Shown here one piece after another: positions 38,313 through 51,370 of a stretch of 64,000 nt of DNA (positions within the stretch are counted from its first letter, which is position 1; each line of letters begins with the position of its first letter). A program made the position numbers and the translations under genes. The notes under the pieces were generated by a model. That model saw only the letters and a program-made list of their open reading frames with translations, searched no databases and was not told where the DNA came from. The DNA is from Octopus sinensis (taxonomy: Eukaryota), in assembly GCF_006345805.1 (NCBI RefSeq), contig NC_043001.1, positions 66,774,001-66,838,000 on the forward strand. Reading direction: 5' to 3'.

Positions 38313-40520
38313 AAACTAAGAGTGTGTGCAGACTTTTCAACTGGATTAAATGACTGTTTATTCAAACACAAGCCCAGAAGAAGTGTTCTCAAAACTAAAT
38401 GGAGGAAAAAGTTTTTCAAAGTTAGACCTCTTGGAAGCCTATCTACAGATACAGGTAGAGAAAGTTTGTGCACTTCTTTTAACAATCAACACACACCATG
38501 GATTGTATAAATTCAAGCAGTTTCCTTTTGGAGTAAAAGTGGCACCTGTCATACTCCAACAAGTGATGGATACAATGTTAAATGATTGCGACTTCGCTAT
38601 CGCGTATCTCAATATTTGGTAAAGAGCGAGTCAGTGGAGCAACACTCCAAACATATCAAAAAAGTATTCAGAAAAATAAATGAATACAGGTTTAGACTAA
38701 CAGAGGGAAAGTGAATTTTTGATGAAAAATCAATTATTTGGGTCAAATAATTGATGAAAGGAGATGAAGGCCAGATTCATCAAGGGTGATGGCAATACAG
38801 AATATGCCTCTCCCAATGAACATCAAATTGTTACAAGCTTTCTTAGGCTTGCTGAACTACTATCAAGTATATATATCCTGAACATACACACCACAAGTGC
38901 TCCACTAGACGGGCTGTTAAAAAAGGATGCAAAATGGTTTTGATCAGAAAAATGCCAGGAGGCATTTGAAGAACTAAAAAGCATGTTAACTTTAGACTTG
39001 CTGCTTACACACTTTGATCCAAATTTCAAAACAATACTGGCAACCAATGCTAGTGAGTACAGAGTAGGTGTCAGATTCCTACACAAATGTGAAGATGGCA
39101 GCCAAAAGGCTCATGTGTCAAGGTCGCTATTGCCAGCAGAAAGAAACTATAGCCAAATTGAAAGAGAGGCACTGGCGATTATATTTGGCATAAAAAAGAT
39201 CCACCGGCTTATACATGATAGATGGTTTAGACTACAAACAGACCATCACCTGTTGCTAATGATTTATGGATCCAAGAAAGCTTTCTAGTACATACAGCAA
39301 TTACGTTTCAGCAATGGGGCACCACACCTCTAAACTACAACTATGCAATGGAATATTTACCATCAGGATAATACCCAAAAGTGGCGAGGACACAGTAATA
39401 GCAGCCCTAATAGCAGAAATTCGAGGACACGGTAATAGCAGTCCTAAGAGTCAGTGTTCCACATAATGTGGAACACTGTATGAGAGTTACCAATAACTCT
39501 GAAGGAGATAAAGCAACACACGTCAAAAGACAAGTTCATCAATGGAAAAAAAAAAAAAATTCTGTTATCAGTGAAAGAAAACAAAAATGAAAAAGGTTCA
39601 GTAAGAAAAGCAACAAGAGGTAAACATATGTTCAACATGCAACGGTATACTGATGTATGGCCAAAGGGTAGTGATAGCTGAGACTCTACAAAAAAGAACG
39701 TTGAAAGAATTCCATATTGGACATCGAAGGATTGCAAGGATGAAAGTGCTTATGCACAGTTATGTGTATTGGCTGAAGATGGACGAGGAAGTTGAAAATT
39801 TAGTAAAAGGCTGCAGAGGATGTGCTCTGGTTGTGAAATTGCCCACTTATAAATGGGAGCCTTGGCCAGAAGTAAAAAGTCCATGGACAAGACTACACAT
39901 TGATTTTGTGGGTCCATTAAATGATTATTACTACTTAGTAGTAGTTGACAGTTTTACAAAATGGTTGGAAATTAAGTGCAAAAGACCTACCTCTGCAATG
40001 GTAATAAATTTTTTGCACAAATTATTTGCAAGATTTGGCCTCCCAGATGTGATTGTTTCTGATAATGGAACACAATTTGTGTCCAGTGAATTTAGAAAAT
40101 TTTGCGAAATGTTCACGGTAGAACATAAAATGAAAGCGCCTTACCATCCCAGATCAAATGGACACTTTCAAAAGAGTTTTGAGAAAAGCAAACAAGGAAG
40201 CCACAGACAAAGTCACTCTGTAGCAGTTCCTAAGGGTATATAACAGGGTGACACCAAACCCCAGTACACCAGCAGGAAGTTCACCAGCTGAACTGATGTT
40301 CGCAAGGAAGGTGAAACCGGTTTTTGATAAACTGTTACCTGGCAAAGAAAAGTATCAGGAAAGACAATCCAAAATTTTTAAGAATTGGTGATAAGGTGTA
40401 CATGAAGTCATATAAAAACAGAAAACAATACTGGGAAGAAGGGAAAATTAGTAAGTACTCAGGAAAAATGATGTATGGAATTAAACACAGAAAAGGTATT
40501 GAAACGAGATACAGAAATCA
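38313..40520 (+). pseudogene. Gypsy RT (remainder), RNase H and integrase
   Basis: KLRVCADFSTGLNDCL; FSKLDLLEAYLQI; INTHHGLYKF..FPFGVKVAP; LATNASEYRVG; NYSQIEREALAIIFGIKK..F.LQTDH; LKEFHIGH..IARMK; PWTRLHIDFVGP; IVSDNGTQF; PYHPRSNG. Confidence 0.92.
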
Positions 40521-40770
40521 ATTGAAGAAGAGATTCATAGAAAATGAACCAGAGTGGAAGAACCTATGGAATGGCTGTATGACACATTCCAGGTACGAAC
40601 ACCATTACAGGTGGAAGAAAAAGGAAGAACACAGAGTTCCTACAAATAGAGGCCAAAAAGAAAAAAAATATTAAGTTGAAAAAAAATGCTAAAAAGGGAG
40701 GAGGAGGGGTGAATAAAGTAAAATAAAATTATTTGCTTCTCAAAGAGAAAAAAAAACCTAAAAGGAGTGA

Positions 40771-41083
40771 TGCTGTAGTGAAAATGGTACACTTGGTGAC
40801 AAATTGATATGAGAAGCCACTAAAAAGTCAGACAGTCAGTCGTTGTAAAGGGTCAGTAGTAGTAGAGTCATTGTACAATTCTCAGTTGGTGTCAGTGTCA
40901 GTTACATGATATATAGGAGTTTGACTTACCATCAAGGTAGCCGTTTTAAAGTCATCGTATTGTGGAGCTTTCAGCAATAGCAAAGATAGTAAGTGTGGAA
41001 TGCTGCCACAGCATAATAGTGACAACAAGAATATTACAATGCCGACAACAACATACAAGTGGATGAGGATCCACATTATAACA
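40771..41083 (+). repeat. 3' LTR, preceded by a polypurine tract
   Basis: TGCTGTAGTGAAAATGG...CCACATTATAACA, with purine-rich AAAAGGAGTGA at 40760-40770. Confidence 0.9.
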
Positions 41084-41499
41084 ATAACAGAGCAAAGCTG
41101 GCAGTTTTTACAGGACAATCTGTTGGAAGTTACATATAAAACTTGTGGTTGGTGCAACATCCTAGCTAAACACATGTTGATGTAATGGTGTTATTCCACC
41201 ATTACATCAAAATGTAATGGTGTTATTATAGCTAGAACTATAATGATAAAGATACAAGTTTAGAAAGAGTAGAAAAGAGGAGGAGGCAGAGAAAAATACC
41301 AAATTGCTGGAAAAGAAGTCAGACGTCAGGTACATGTGGCAAGAAGAGAGGGAAAAACTAAGTTTGTACATGTTTTGCAATGTGAGGGAGGTTCTGAGGT
41401 GTGTGTGTCCTACATTGCTAGGTAGTTTAATAGAGAAAATTGAGATGTTAAGAAGTATATATGGAATGAAAACAGCACACTTATTTTCTCACTGCCATT

Positions 41500-41798
41500 G
41501 ATAAGAAAGAGACATGGAAATGCTTATGTGAGGCTGATGAATGTGGAGAATACATTGGAGAATGAGAGACAGGTTGGTACATAGTACCAACCTCATGTGG
41601 ACCCAGCCATCCAAGTTGACAGTGGCATTGTAGAAAGAATAAATTGGGAAAGCAGCTGGGCCATCAGGGCCTCCTGCTTAAAATAAGTGGTGATATATAG
41701 TACAAATTAGTCTCTTGAATGGTAAATTAGATAATATAGGAAGGTATCATACCTAGTGCTGAAATATCATTGTAAACTGCTACAAGGGATGTTGAGAA

Positions 41799-41841
<43 letters not shown>

Positions 41842-43855
41842 GCATCAGACTGTTTCACTAGGTTATGATTTATTGAAAGGGTTATTGCAAAACTGATTAG
41901 AGACAGAATTAGTCTACATAAGGTATACTCTGGCTTTGTCTCAGGAAGAGGTATAAGTGACACCATATTCCTTATGAGATAACTGCAAGCATGTTAAATT
42001 TCTTTCTAGTCTTCATATACACTTTACATTCATGATCCATGTTTCACTACCATGTAGCATTGTTGTTTATACATAAGCATCGCACAGTCTGCCTTTCACT
42101 CTGAGAGAGAAGCTTTTTGTTATCAACAAACCATAGTTCTCTGAACATTCTCCAACTGCATAGCTAAGAATAAGCTGCTATACCTGGCATGGTCTTTGAC
42201 TGAGTCCTTTGCACTGTGATTTAGTAATAGTTAAGGAAACTAGGGATAAATAAGCTATGTATGAAGAGGCAGTCAGCAAGCAAGAATCCAGAATGAACTC
42301 AGCAAGGAATTTAGTGTGCAGGGGAGTGTGCTAAAATAAGAACTGGTTGGAGAATGTTTAGAGAACTCAAATCTCTGTTGATAACAAAAAGCTTCTCCCT
42401 CAGAGTAAAAGCAGGTTGTGTGATGCTTGTTTATGAATAGCAATGCTACATGTTGGTGAAACATGGGCCTTCAATGTAATGGGTATATGAAGACTAGAAA
42501 GAAATGAAGCCAACATGCTCTGTGGGATGTGCATCATCAGTGTACATGTATAACAAAGTGTAAATGTGTTGAGAGAAAATTGGGCATAGTGCTTGAGAGA
42601 AGATTGTACTAATATAGTCATGAGATGCATATGGATGAAGAAATTTGGCAAAAAGAGTCCTAATCAGTAAATTTGGATGGAACTTGTTGGAATAGGGAGA
42701 CCAAGGAGGATTTAAGGTGAGTAGTATATGACTGACCTCATATGTTGTGATCCTCATCATGATAAAAGACTGAAGATGATTGTGATTTGCTTGGGTTTAG
42801 AGACTATCCATCCAACAGTAATTAGATGCATATGGATGAGAAAAGTTGCATAAAAGAGTGCTAATCAGTAAATGTGGATGGAACTTGTGGAATAGGGAGA
42901 CCAAGGAGGATTTAAGGTGAAGTAGTTATGACTGACCTCAGGATGTTGAGCCTCATAATGATAAAAGACTGAGATGATTGGTGATTTGCTGGGTTCTAGA
43001 AGACTATCCATCTCAAAGTATTGTGTATATTTATCCCCAGCCACCATTTATTCAACCGCTGTAATTATATCCTTGGGAGCACTTTGTTTTGCCACCTATC
43101 CTGTATTCTTGGTTTCCATCTTTGTCACTCCCTATTTCCACCTCTGTCTATTTTACTGTACATCTCCTCCCTCTGTTTCTTTTTCTCCCTCTCTCTCTCT
43201 CTCCACACTTCTCATCTAACTACAAGTCCTATTCTACTCTTGACCCCCTTTTTTTCACTGCCACTCATCACTCCCTTCTTGCTGACACACTTCTATTTTC
43301 TTTGCTCTCTGCCCACCCCAAACTGATATTCATCATCGACCACACCTCCACCACTGTTCTCCATTTTCCTCTAACCCCATCACATGCCACTATCCTATCA
43401 TACTTTCACAAACTTACCCATCCATCCATCCATCCATAATCCTCTGTTCCATTCACTCTTATATTTTCCTCCTTCCTGAGAGTATGCCTGGCACCTCATA
43501 ACTACCATCTTTTCCTCTTTTTCCTGCTGGAGTAGCCATGGATCTCCTCTACAACAAAACACCTGATCCTATTCTTCTATGATACTTTAGTCTCTAAGTA
43601 TCTGGTTCAAAGCCACACCCCTCTCCACTGTAGTCCCACTCAATCTAGCAAGCTTGTCTTGTAAGTTCTTTAGTGTTGGTATCAAAAAAAAAAAAGCACC
43701 CAGTACACCATGTAAAGTGGTTGGCATTAGGAAGGGCATCCAGCTGTGAAAAGTTATGCCAAAGCAGATATTGGGGCTTGACAGATTCTTTTGAACTGTG
43801 CAACAACATGCCAGTATGGAAGATGGTCATTAACTGATGAGGATGATGATATATA
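41500..43855 (+). mobile_element. Old fragmented RTE LINE with pyrimidine-rich 3' UTR and shared tail
   Basis: GKAAGPSG, ERVIAKLIRDRI..GFVSGRGISDTIF, SLRVK..LCDAC, MDEKSCIKEC..VDGTCGIGRPRR; CT-rich stretch at 43050-43640; tail module at 43690-43855. Confidence 0.75.
41989..42157 (-). mobile_element. Inverted RTE fragment
   Basis: Reverse complement of about 42345-42516. Confidence 0.8.
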
Positions 43856-43933
43856 CACATTGTATACATACACATACATATATATATATATATATATAAT
43901 GTATGTATGATGTGTGTGTGTGTTTGTATATAT

Positions 43934-43986
<53 letters not shown>

Positions 43987-43987
<1 letters not shown>

Positions 43988-44312
43988 GCGTGGTGTGGTA
44001 AGTAGCTTGCTTACCAACCACATGGTTCCGGGTTCAGTCCCACTGCGTGGCACCTTGTGAATGGATTTGGTAGACGGAAGCTGAAAAAAGCCTGTCGTAT
44101 ATATGTATATATATGTGTGTGTGTTTGTCCCCCCAACATCACTTGACAACCAATGCTGGTGTGTTTACATCCCCGTAACTTAGCGGTTCAGCAAAAGAGA
44201 CTGATAGAATAAGTACTAGGCTTACAAAGAATAAGTCCTGGGGTCGATTTCCTCGACTAAAGGTGGTGCTCCATCATGACCACAGTCAAATGACTGAAAC
44301 AAGTAAAAGAGT
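43987..44312 (+). mobile_element. tRNA-derived SINE, family 1, well preserved, with an internal deletion
   Basis: gcgtggtgtggtaagtagcttgc...ggttccgggttcagtcccactgcgtggcaccttg joins directly to tgaatggatttgg (deletion between two CCTTG motifs); tail gactgaaacaagtaaaagag. Confidence 0.88.
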
Positions 44313-44506
44313 AGAGTATATATACATATTGATGCATTTATGTATATTTATATATACACATTACACACACACATGTATACATATTGTATGTATTGTATGT
44401 ATTGTATGTATACATACTATGTACAACATATATATTATATATATAATATTATATATATAATATATATATAGTATTTATATATGTGTACGTATGGTGGGTG
44501 TATTAC

Positions 44507-44547
<41 letters not shown>

Positions 44548-47049
44548 GTATGTATACAAATATATATATGTGTGTGTGTGTATTATATATGATGTGTGTA
44601 TACATACACAACACACCCACACACACATATATACATACATACCCTTATGGTATGTATGCATATGTCAGTATTTTGTATTTTACTGATATCCTAAAACTAT
44701 TTCATTAATGAAATTTGAAATTTTGTTATGAAACAAGTTTATCTATCTTTGTTACAGTTTCGCATGTAGCTTATCATTGCCAATCCTTGCTACATGAAAT
44801 ATTATGAAATACAATATGGTCCGATTAACCAATAACAGACTTCACATGCTATCAAGTCAGAATTTCGTTTTTTGCAATATCTTTTATTTATATTCTTTTC
44901 AACAACTGATCATTATCAACTGTGAAAAGAAATGGTACAAGTTATTTCTGGTACCATGTAATACCGCTCCCCTTTCCATCTGTTAAAAGTATACCAGTTA
45001 AGACTGCTAAGCCCTACATCATCACTAACACACTCTTAATTACTGTTAGCTAAAACCTGGTGGTGCCAACATGCTGTTTTTTCTCCTTACTCAGGTGTAA
45101 TCACTGTCTGTGAGGGCTGCTATACTTACAGTACTCTAGCAACCAGTGCTTATTTAAGCTTGGCAAATGTTGCTGAGAAATCCAACAGAACTTTATTGCA
45201 GCTACTCCTCTCTTTCACCAACCATATCACTGCTACTATCTCCTCCCACCATTCTTGCAAGTCAGTCTGTTAGCATCTTATTATGCTCCTGCCTGGGCTT
45301 CTTCCACCAGACAACTTTCTCTTGACATGTCTGCCGATGTTATCACCTTTTCGAATCTTGTATACATCCTGGATAACATTCCGTGTGGACATACGAAAGA
45401 CTATAGAACATTAATTCTAAACTTTGTTACACTATTTATTCTTATCGTGTTTCCTTTCTGCCTGTTCAAATGTAAAAGCTGAGAAAGTTGTCGAGCCTTT
45501 TTTCGACCATTGCACCTGTTGTCTTTACATTTACAGAATGGGGGCTGACGTTAGTGAGTACTCTTTCCTTATTATACTACTTTTGTATTGTTCTGCCACA
45601 TTGCTTAACACATTACTTATCTCTCGTTGTTTACCTTTTCCTATCGCCTTGGAACTTTTCATTGTCCCAATGTGTTGAATTGTTGATGTTTTACATAATG
45701 TTGTTACTGTATTTGTTTTAAATGTTTACGTTTGTTTGTGTCTTAAACACTTGATGTATTCTCAGTTCTCATTTATTTTTGTTACTAAAATATATTATTA
45801 CTTTTTATCTTTTATGATATTGTTTTTTATTATTATTTACTATCATTTTTCGAGGGTATCATTTATTTTCAAATAAATTTACTTTTAAGTTATTTAATAA
45901 GAATTAATTAGAAAAGATCCATTACTTTTTTCAAACCTGTTATTTCTTATTAAAGAATAGATTTCAGTATTTCATTGATATAAAGAAATGTTCTAATTAT
46001 TTTAATTATATTCACTGCCTTAATTATTTGTATTTTATTGTTAGTTATTTCTGGGTTTCTATAGAGGCATCTCATAGATCATGAGTTCATATCTTACATG
46101 AAGCAAGACATTTAATTCTACATATCCAAGAAAGTAGAGAAGTTACAGAATACAAACCAGGACTTTAGAGAAATTAGTTACTGAGATCCCAGAGAAAAAA
46201 TAAAAATTGTAAGCTATCTCTGGGGAGATTGTTATTTTTTCATGCTTAATGCTACAGAAACTGATGTCAGGTGCTGCTTCTGTAAACCCTACAGAATCAG
46301 ATATTGCCTCTGTGGATTCTTAATTTCTACTGCAGAAAACAATGAATCAAGATAGTCACTACATGTTAGAAATACTACTCGAAATCCCCTCTTAAAGAAA
46401 GGAAGGACAATTAGATGATATAGTCTTACAATACCATATAGAGACAAGATACCCATGGCTATTATGTCTTATCATAGGTTTGCTCAGTAAGGATTTACCT
46501 GGTGCTAAACAACAACAATACTAAAAGTAGTTCCATTAGATTTTTGTGTCTTCAGTCATCAAAATGTTGCTTTTGTTTTAAGTGATGATCCTAAGCTATC
46601 AAGGATTAACTCTTTAGACTGCCTCTAATTTTAGAATGTCCCTATTTAAATGAGACCCAGCTATCATAATCTTTATGTAAGAACCTTTTTATGTTTGAAA
46701 CATCAACTTGATAAAAAAGTTAATTATTTTACTAAATCCCTCAAATTCATGATTGTTTTCAAGAATTAATTGAAATATAGATTGTGTCTCATTAGGAATA
46801 TTGAACCTGAAAGAGTTAATGTAATAGAAGAAATCTACAAGGGTCAACGGTGATGTACAAAATTCCTATGGTTTGACTGTTTTATGATAGAGGAATGAAG
46901 AGTACCTTAACTGTCTGTACATTTGTAAAACTGATTAATCTTAACAGCAACTAAGTCTAATACATTCAGGGGTAAAGATGAATAATTAATGAAGTCAAGT
47001 ACACCCACACCCCATTCTGTTCTTACTAATTATCAAAATTACTTTGCTC

Positions 47050-48160
47050 TTTCATCATCATCATCATCATCATTTAACATTTTCCATTCTGTCTGTTCTG
47101 TTGGGTGATTTGATGGGCTGGCAAGCTGGAGAGCTATGCCAAGTTCTGTTTGTTTTGCCATATTTTCTATAGCTGGATACCCTTCCTAATGTCAGCCACT
47201 TCACAGAGTGTACTGGAAGCATCACCAAAAAACTTGCAAGGCAAGACAAAGTCCTCGCCCTGACTGGGGGAGGGGTAGTATTGAGGGAAGTAGATTTGTA
47301 CCAGTTGATGAGAAATTAAAGAATGAAAGAGGTATAGAGATAAGTGTCACACTGTAGAAGAGATACAATTGGAGAACAAGGGAGAAGGAAACCTAGAGAG
47401 AAAGATGGAGTGAGTGGGAGAGATGATGATGTTAGGACATGCACTCAAAGTACAGTGTGTGGGAGGAGATACAGAGGATGGGACTGGGTGGGGAGACAGA
47501 GGGGAAAAATTTCATGAGAATTTGATGAGATATGGTTAGATGGGATAGAGGTGGCTCTAGTAATTGAAGGTGAGAGACATGAGTGTCTTGCAGGGAGGGG
47601 GTTATGTTAGATATGTGAGGGCATTGGGAGAGAGTGAAGATAAGAGAGGTGTAAAAATGCAGTTTAGCAGAGTGGAGAGAGCATAGATGGAGGAAGATGA
47701 GGAATGGAAGTGGTTCTGGGGAGGGGGAGGAAGGGAGAAGGTAATGAAGGTGGGTGCATGGTCTGTGTCCATTCTGCTCTCCAGTGATAAATGGTAGATG
47801 AATAATATGAAAGATAAAGAAGTGATGAGTGTAGGGAATGAGATGTAGGGGAAGCTTAATAGGACAGTGGGAATGGGGATGGGGTAGAGCTTTGAGCATA
47901 CAAGCATTTAAGAAGGTGGTTTTAGGATATTGATTCAGTTGTGGTGGGTGAGATTTCTCAAGCACAGTAAGGTACCAGATATCTCAGTCCTTTGTCAGTA
48001 TTTTGAGATTGACCCTCAATACTTTGTCCCAGATCTTCTTAGGTCTTGCTCTTCTACAAGTTCCATTCACTTTAAGTGATCAGCACATCTTTATGCAACT
48101 GTTGTCATCTATATGCATATGACTGAATCAGCATGTATGCTTAACTTTTCTCTATATATA
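47050..48160 (-). mobile_element. RTE 3' end with long pyrimidine-rich UTR and shared tail
   Basis: (CAT)n plus the tail reverse complement at 47050-47230, purine-rich (+) UTR, and an RTE C-terminal remnant (GTCRRARPKKIWDKV) at about 47980-48130. Confidence 0.7.
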
Positions 48161-49454
48161 CTAGCACTCAGGAGAGAATGACTGGGAGATGAGAAATTAG
48201 TGATGTGAGAAGCTTGAAAGATAAAGTAATGGGTGACAAACAGACGAATGATAAAAGAATGTGTGATAAGTGAGATTTCTGATGAAAGTCTGTGTTACAG
48301 TGGGGCAAGTGATAAGAGTGTTGCAGAGCTGACTGGTTATCAATGAAAGCAATGATATAAACTGCCTGCCACAGCTAAATAGGTCCCTAAGTAACAGAAG
48401 CTATCAACTACTTCTAGAGTGTTGCCTGAGGGAAGTTATTCTGCAAGTGCTTGTAGCATTCACTGTTGCTATGCACCTGCAATATGCACAGTTTACCTTC
48501 TCTGTTAACATACTTAAGGAATCACTCCATCTCTTACTCATCCTTAGTTTACACTGGATTTCTGCCTACTTGTGTGTGTATATAATTATTTTTAAGCCTT
48601 CTTTTTCTTGCTTCTTGAGGTCCTATTCTAAGTCTGGATACCCTTCTTGGCACCAACTCTTGTTTCTAACTGAGGTATTTTATTGTACTGGTCTTTATAC
48701 ATTGAACAGCTTAGCCCTGTGTGTGTGTGTGTGTGTGTGTGTACACACACACTCTCTCTCTCTCCCCCCTCTCAAGATGATTGTTGTATGGTTTCTGTTT
48801 ACCAAATTTCAAACTGAATTTCTAATAAAAGATACTTCCTCAGGGTGATATTCAAATAAGAAACTAGACAGTTGTGAAGAAAATGTAAGCATATCCCATG
48901 TCAATGTCCCCCCCCCACACACACACACATACACGTGTATCATTGTCATCATTATCATCATGGCTTTGTCTCATATCTGCACAGTGACAAACTGACTAGA
49001 TAATCAGTCTGGATTGGGTCATATTTAGAGTTTCTTGTTTCCAAGATGGATCAGGAATTACATCTCACTCATACTTGTTATATTGACATGCCTTTCTTGA
49101 CATCAACCACTTTACAAGTGTGTTTTATCATGACATCAGCACTAGTGAAGCACATGTGTCGTTGCATGCATGCGTGTGGACTAATTCATTGGTTTTATAT
49201 AAACACACATTCATTTATTGGGTTGTAGCCATGCTAGAGCACTCCATTCAATGTTATTTGTCGCTAATATTGACTCCCTTATTTTGTAGATATTTTATCA
49301 AACTTGTAAGGACAAAAATTGGCAGAGAAGAGATGTTCCTGGAACTGCCAATAATTCATATACATATAATACATTCATAAATACATTCATATATAATATA
49401 TATAGAATATATATATATAATATTATACATACACACCCTATATATATGTGTGTA

Positions 49455-49504
<50 letters not shown>

Positions 49505-49619
49505 TGAAAAAACCCCACTCGATTGGGAGAAAGCGCTAATCCGAATGATATGATATAATGTAAAAAATGTAATATATATAAATAAATATCTATAAATATG
49601 AACCATCCAATCTGATTAC

Positions 49620-49783
49620 CTCATTTTTTTCTAAGATATATAATATATATATATGGAATTCTGCACACTTGCCCTGTTTACCCAGTTTCACTTTCAAGGC
49701 TTTGGATAACCCAGGGTTAGAAGACACTTCCCCAAGGTGCAGAACAACATAATCGTAAACCCAACTTCTTAACCACACAACTA
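49620..49783 (-). mobile_element. Family-1 SINE head directly adjoining the Tc1-like element
   Basis: The reverse complement reads gtagttgtgtggttaagaagttggg...caccttggggaagtgtcttcta...ccaaagccttg. Confidence 0.6.
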
Positions 49784-51370
49784 CACAGTATCCCACATTA
49801 TTAGGCAAATCAACCTTCTCAATAAATAAATGTATATTTGTTCAAAATCAGTTGTTTTCCCCTGACTGTTGGCAATACCTATCTGCGCATTTTCTGTTAA
49901 AATAAATTGGATCTGCACAGACGGAAGCAAACAGCAGCCATTATTGTGTAGCAGCAACATTTCTGCTATCCCAAATTATTAGGCAGGTGCCCAATTTAAG
50001 TGTCATGGGTCAGAAACGTGATCTTACCTCAAACGAGAAGTCTAGGTACCATCATGTCAGAGCTTGGAAAAGACAAAAACAACCATAGAAATATCCAAAA
50101 TATTGGGAAGAGATCACCGAACAGTGAAGAAATTTGCACAGTTTCTGTCCGGTCATGGGCAGATAGAGTCAAGTCAAAGGTTGCTTCGAATCAAACTTCG
50201 TCACGTGTGAAGAGGGAAGTCATGTGGAGCCCATGTCTGACAAGTAGAGAAGTCTTCAAACATTGTGGCAGGGACGAGGTGTTGAAAACTACCAGATGTT
50301 GCCTCTTGAAGTAGGTAGCCAGGAGTGTTAAACCTGTTACAAGATTCTATCTGAAGGCTGTTCATAAGCAGGAGAGACTGAAATGGGCAGAAAAATACAT
50401 GAAGATAGATTTTTTTCAACAGTTCTGTTCACTGATGAATGCTGTGCTACCCTTAACAGACCAGATGGCTAGAGTAAAGGTTGGGTATCAATCAGCAAGA
50501 ACTGTCCTCATCATTTGAGATGCCAACAGGGAGGAAGTGGGGTCATGTCTTGGGTTGGTATCCTTGGTGGTATTATGGTCAGGCCATGGAAAGTCCCAGT
50601 TGGCATTAAGATGACATGGAAAACATGTTACCTTCTTAAAGAACAATTTCCATCTATGGTTCAAAAAGCAAAAACTTTCATTCTAAAGAAAGCTGGTCTT
50701 TATGCAAGATAATACCCTGTCTCATGCAGCGAAGAATTCTAAGGAATACCTGCAGCAAATAGGCTTCTCTGGAGGTCGTTTGATGGAGTGGCCACCTTGT
50801 TCCCCTGACTTAAACCTGATTGAGAATCTGCAGAGTGTCCTGAAGAGTCATGTTTACCAAGACAGCAGTTTTCAAGTAAAGTTGCCATCTGGAATGCTAT
50901 TGTAAATGCTGCTCAAAGCATGACACAAGAAGATATCATCACCTTGACAAATTCAATGGATCAATGCATAAAGAAGTTTATTGCATGTAAAGGATCATAC
51001 ATCAAACATTAGGAGTTGTATGATGTCATAGTTCCATGATTATTTTCATTTGAACGTATTATTATGTTTCCCATCAAGTCCTTTATGAATAATTTTTTTG
51101 TGAAACCTTTACTATTGAATTAAATAAATGTTTGTTCTGATACAATTATCATTTTTATTATACTTGCCTAATAATTTGTGACGGTGAAAATGTTGCCCAA
51201 TCACAAAAACGGCTGCCATTTGTTTGGCATCTGCACAGATCCGATTTATTTTAATAGAATGTGCACAGATAGGTGTTGCCAACAGTCAGTGGGAAAACAA
51301 CTGGTTTTGAATGAATATTCATTTATTTATTGAGAGAAGGTTGATTTGCCTAATAATGTGGGACACAGTG
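49784..51370 (+). mobile_element. Tc1-like DD37E (TRT-type) transposon, 1587 bp, defective
   Basis: TA TSD at 49782-83 and 51371-72. About 206-210-bp TIRs with outer and inner direct repeats (CCCACATTATTAGGCA and CCCAAATTATTAGGCA). Confidence 0.93.
50005..51012 (+). pseudogene. DD37E transposase pseudogene
   Basis: MGQKRDLTSNEKS...GRDHRTV...LFTDEC..L.RPDG...RCQQGGSGVMSW...FMQDN-(37 aa between D and E)-IENL...KGSYIKH*, with several stops and frameshifts. Confidence 0.9.

Larger units (their letters stand above)
30464..41083 (+). mobile_element. Complete but decayed Ty3/gypsy LTR retrotransposon (probably Mag lineage), interrupted at 32499-38312
   Basis: LTRs at 30464-30789 and 40771-41083; 5-bp TSD ATAAC at 30459-30463 and 41084-41088; PBS and PPT present; gag, protease, RT, RNase H and integrase remnants in gypsy order. 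Confidence 0.93.

Noticed and set aside
44745-44790. Second hammerhead-like string on the - strand (ATGATAAGCTACATGCGAAAC)
   Set aside because: Core positions C3 and G8 are mismatched and stem II has only 2 bp; likely chance.
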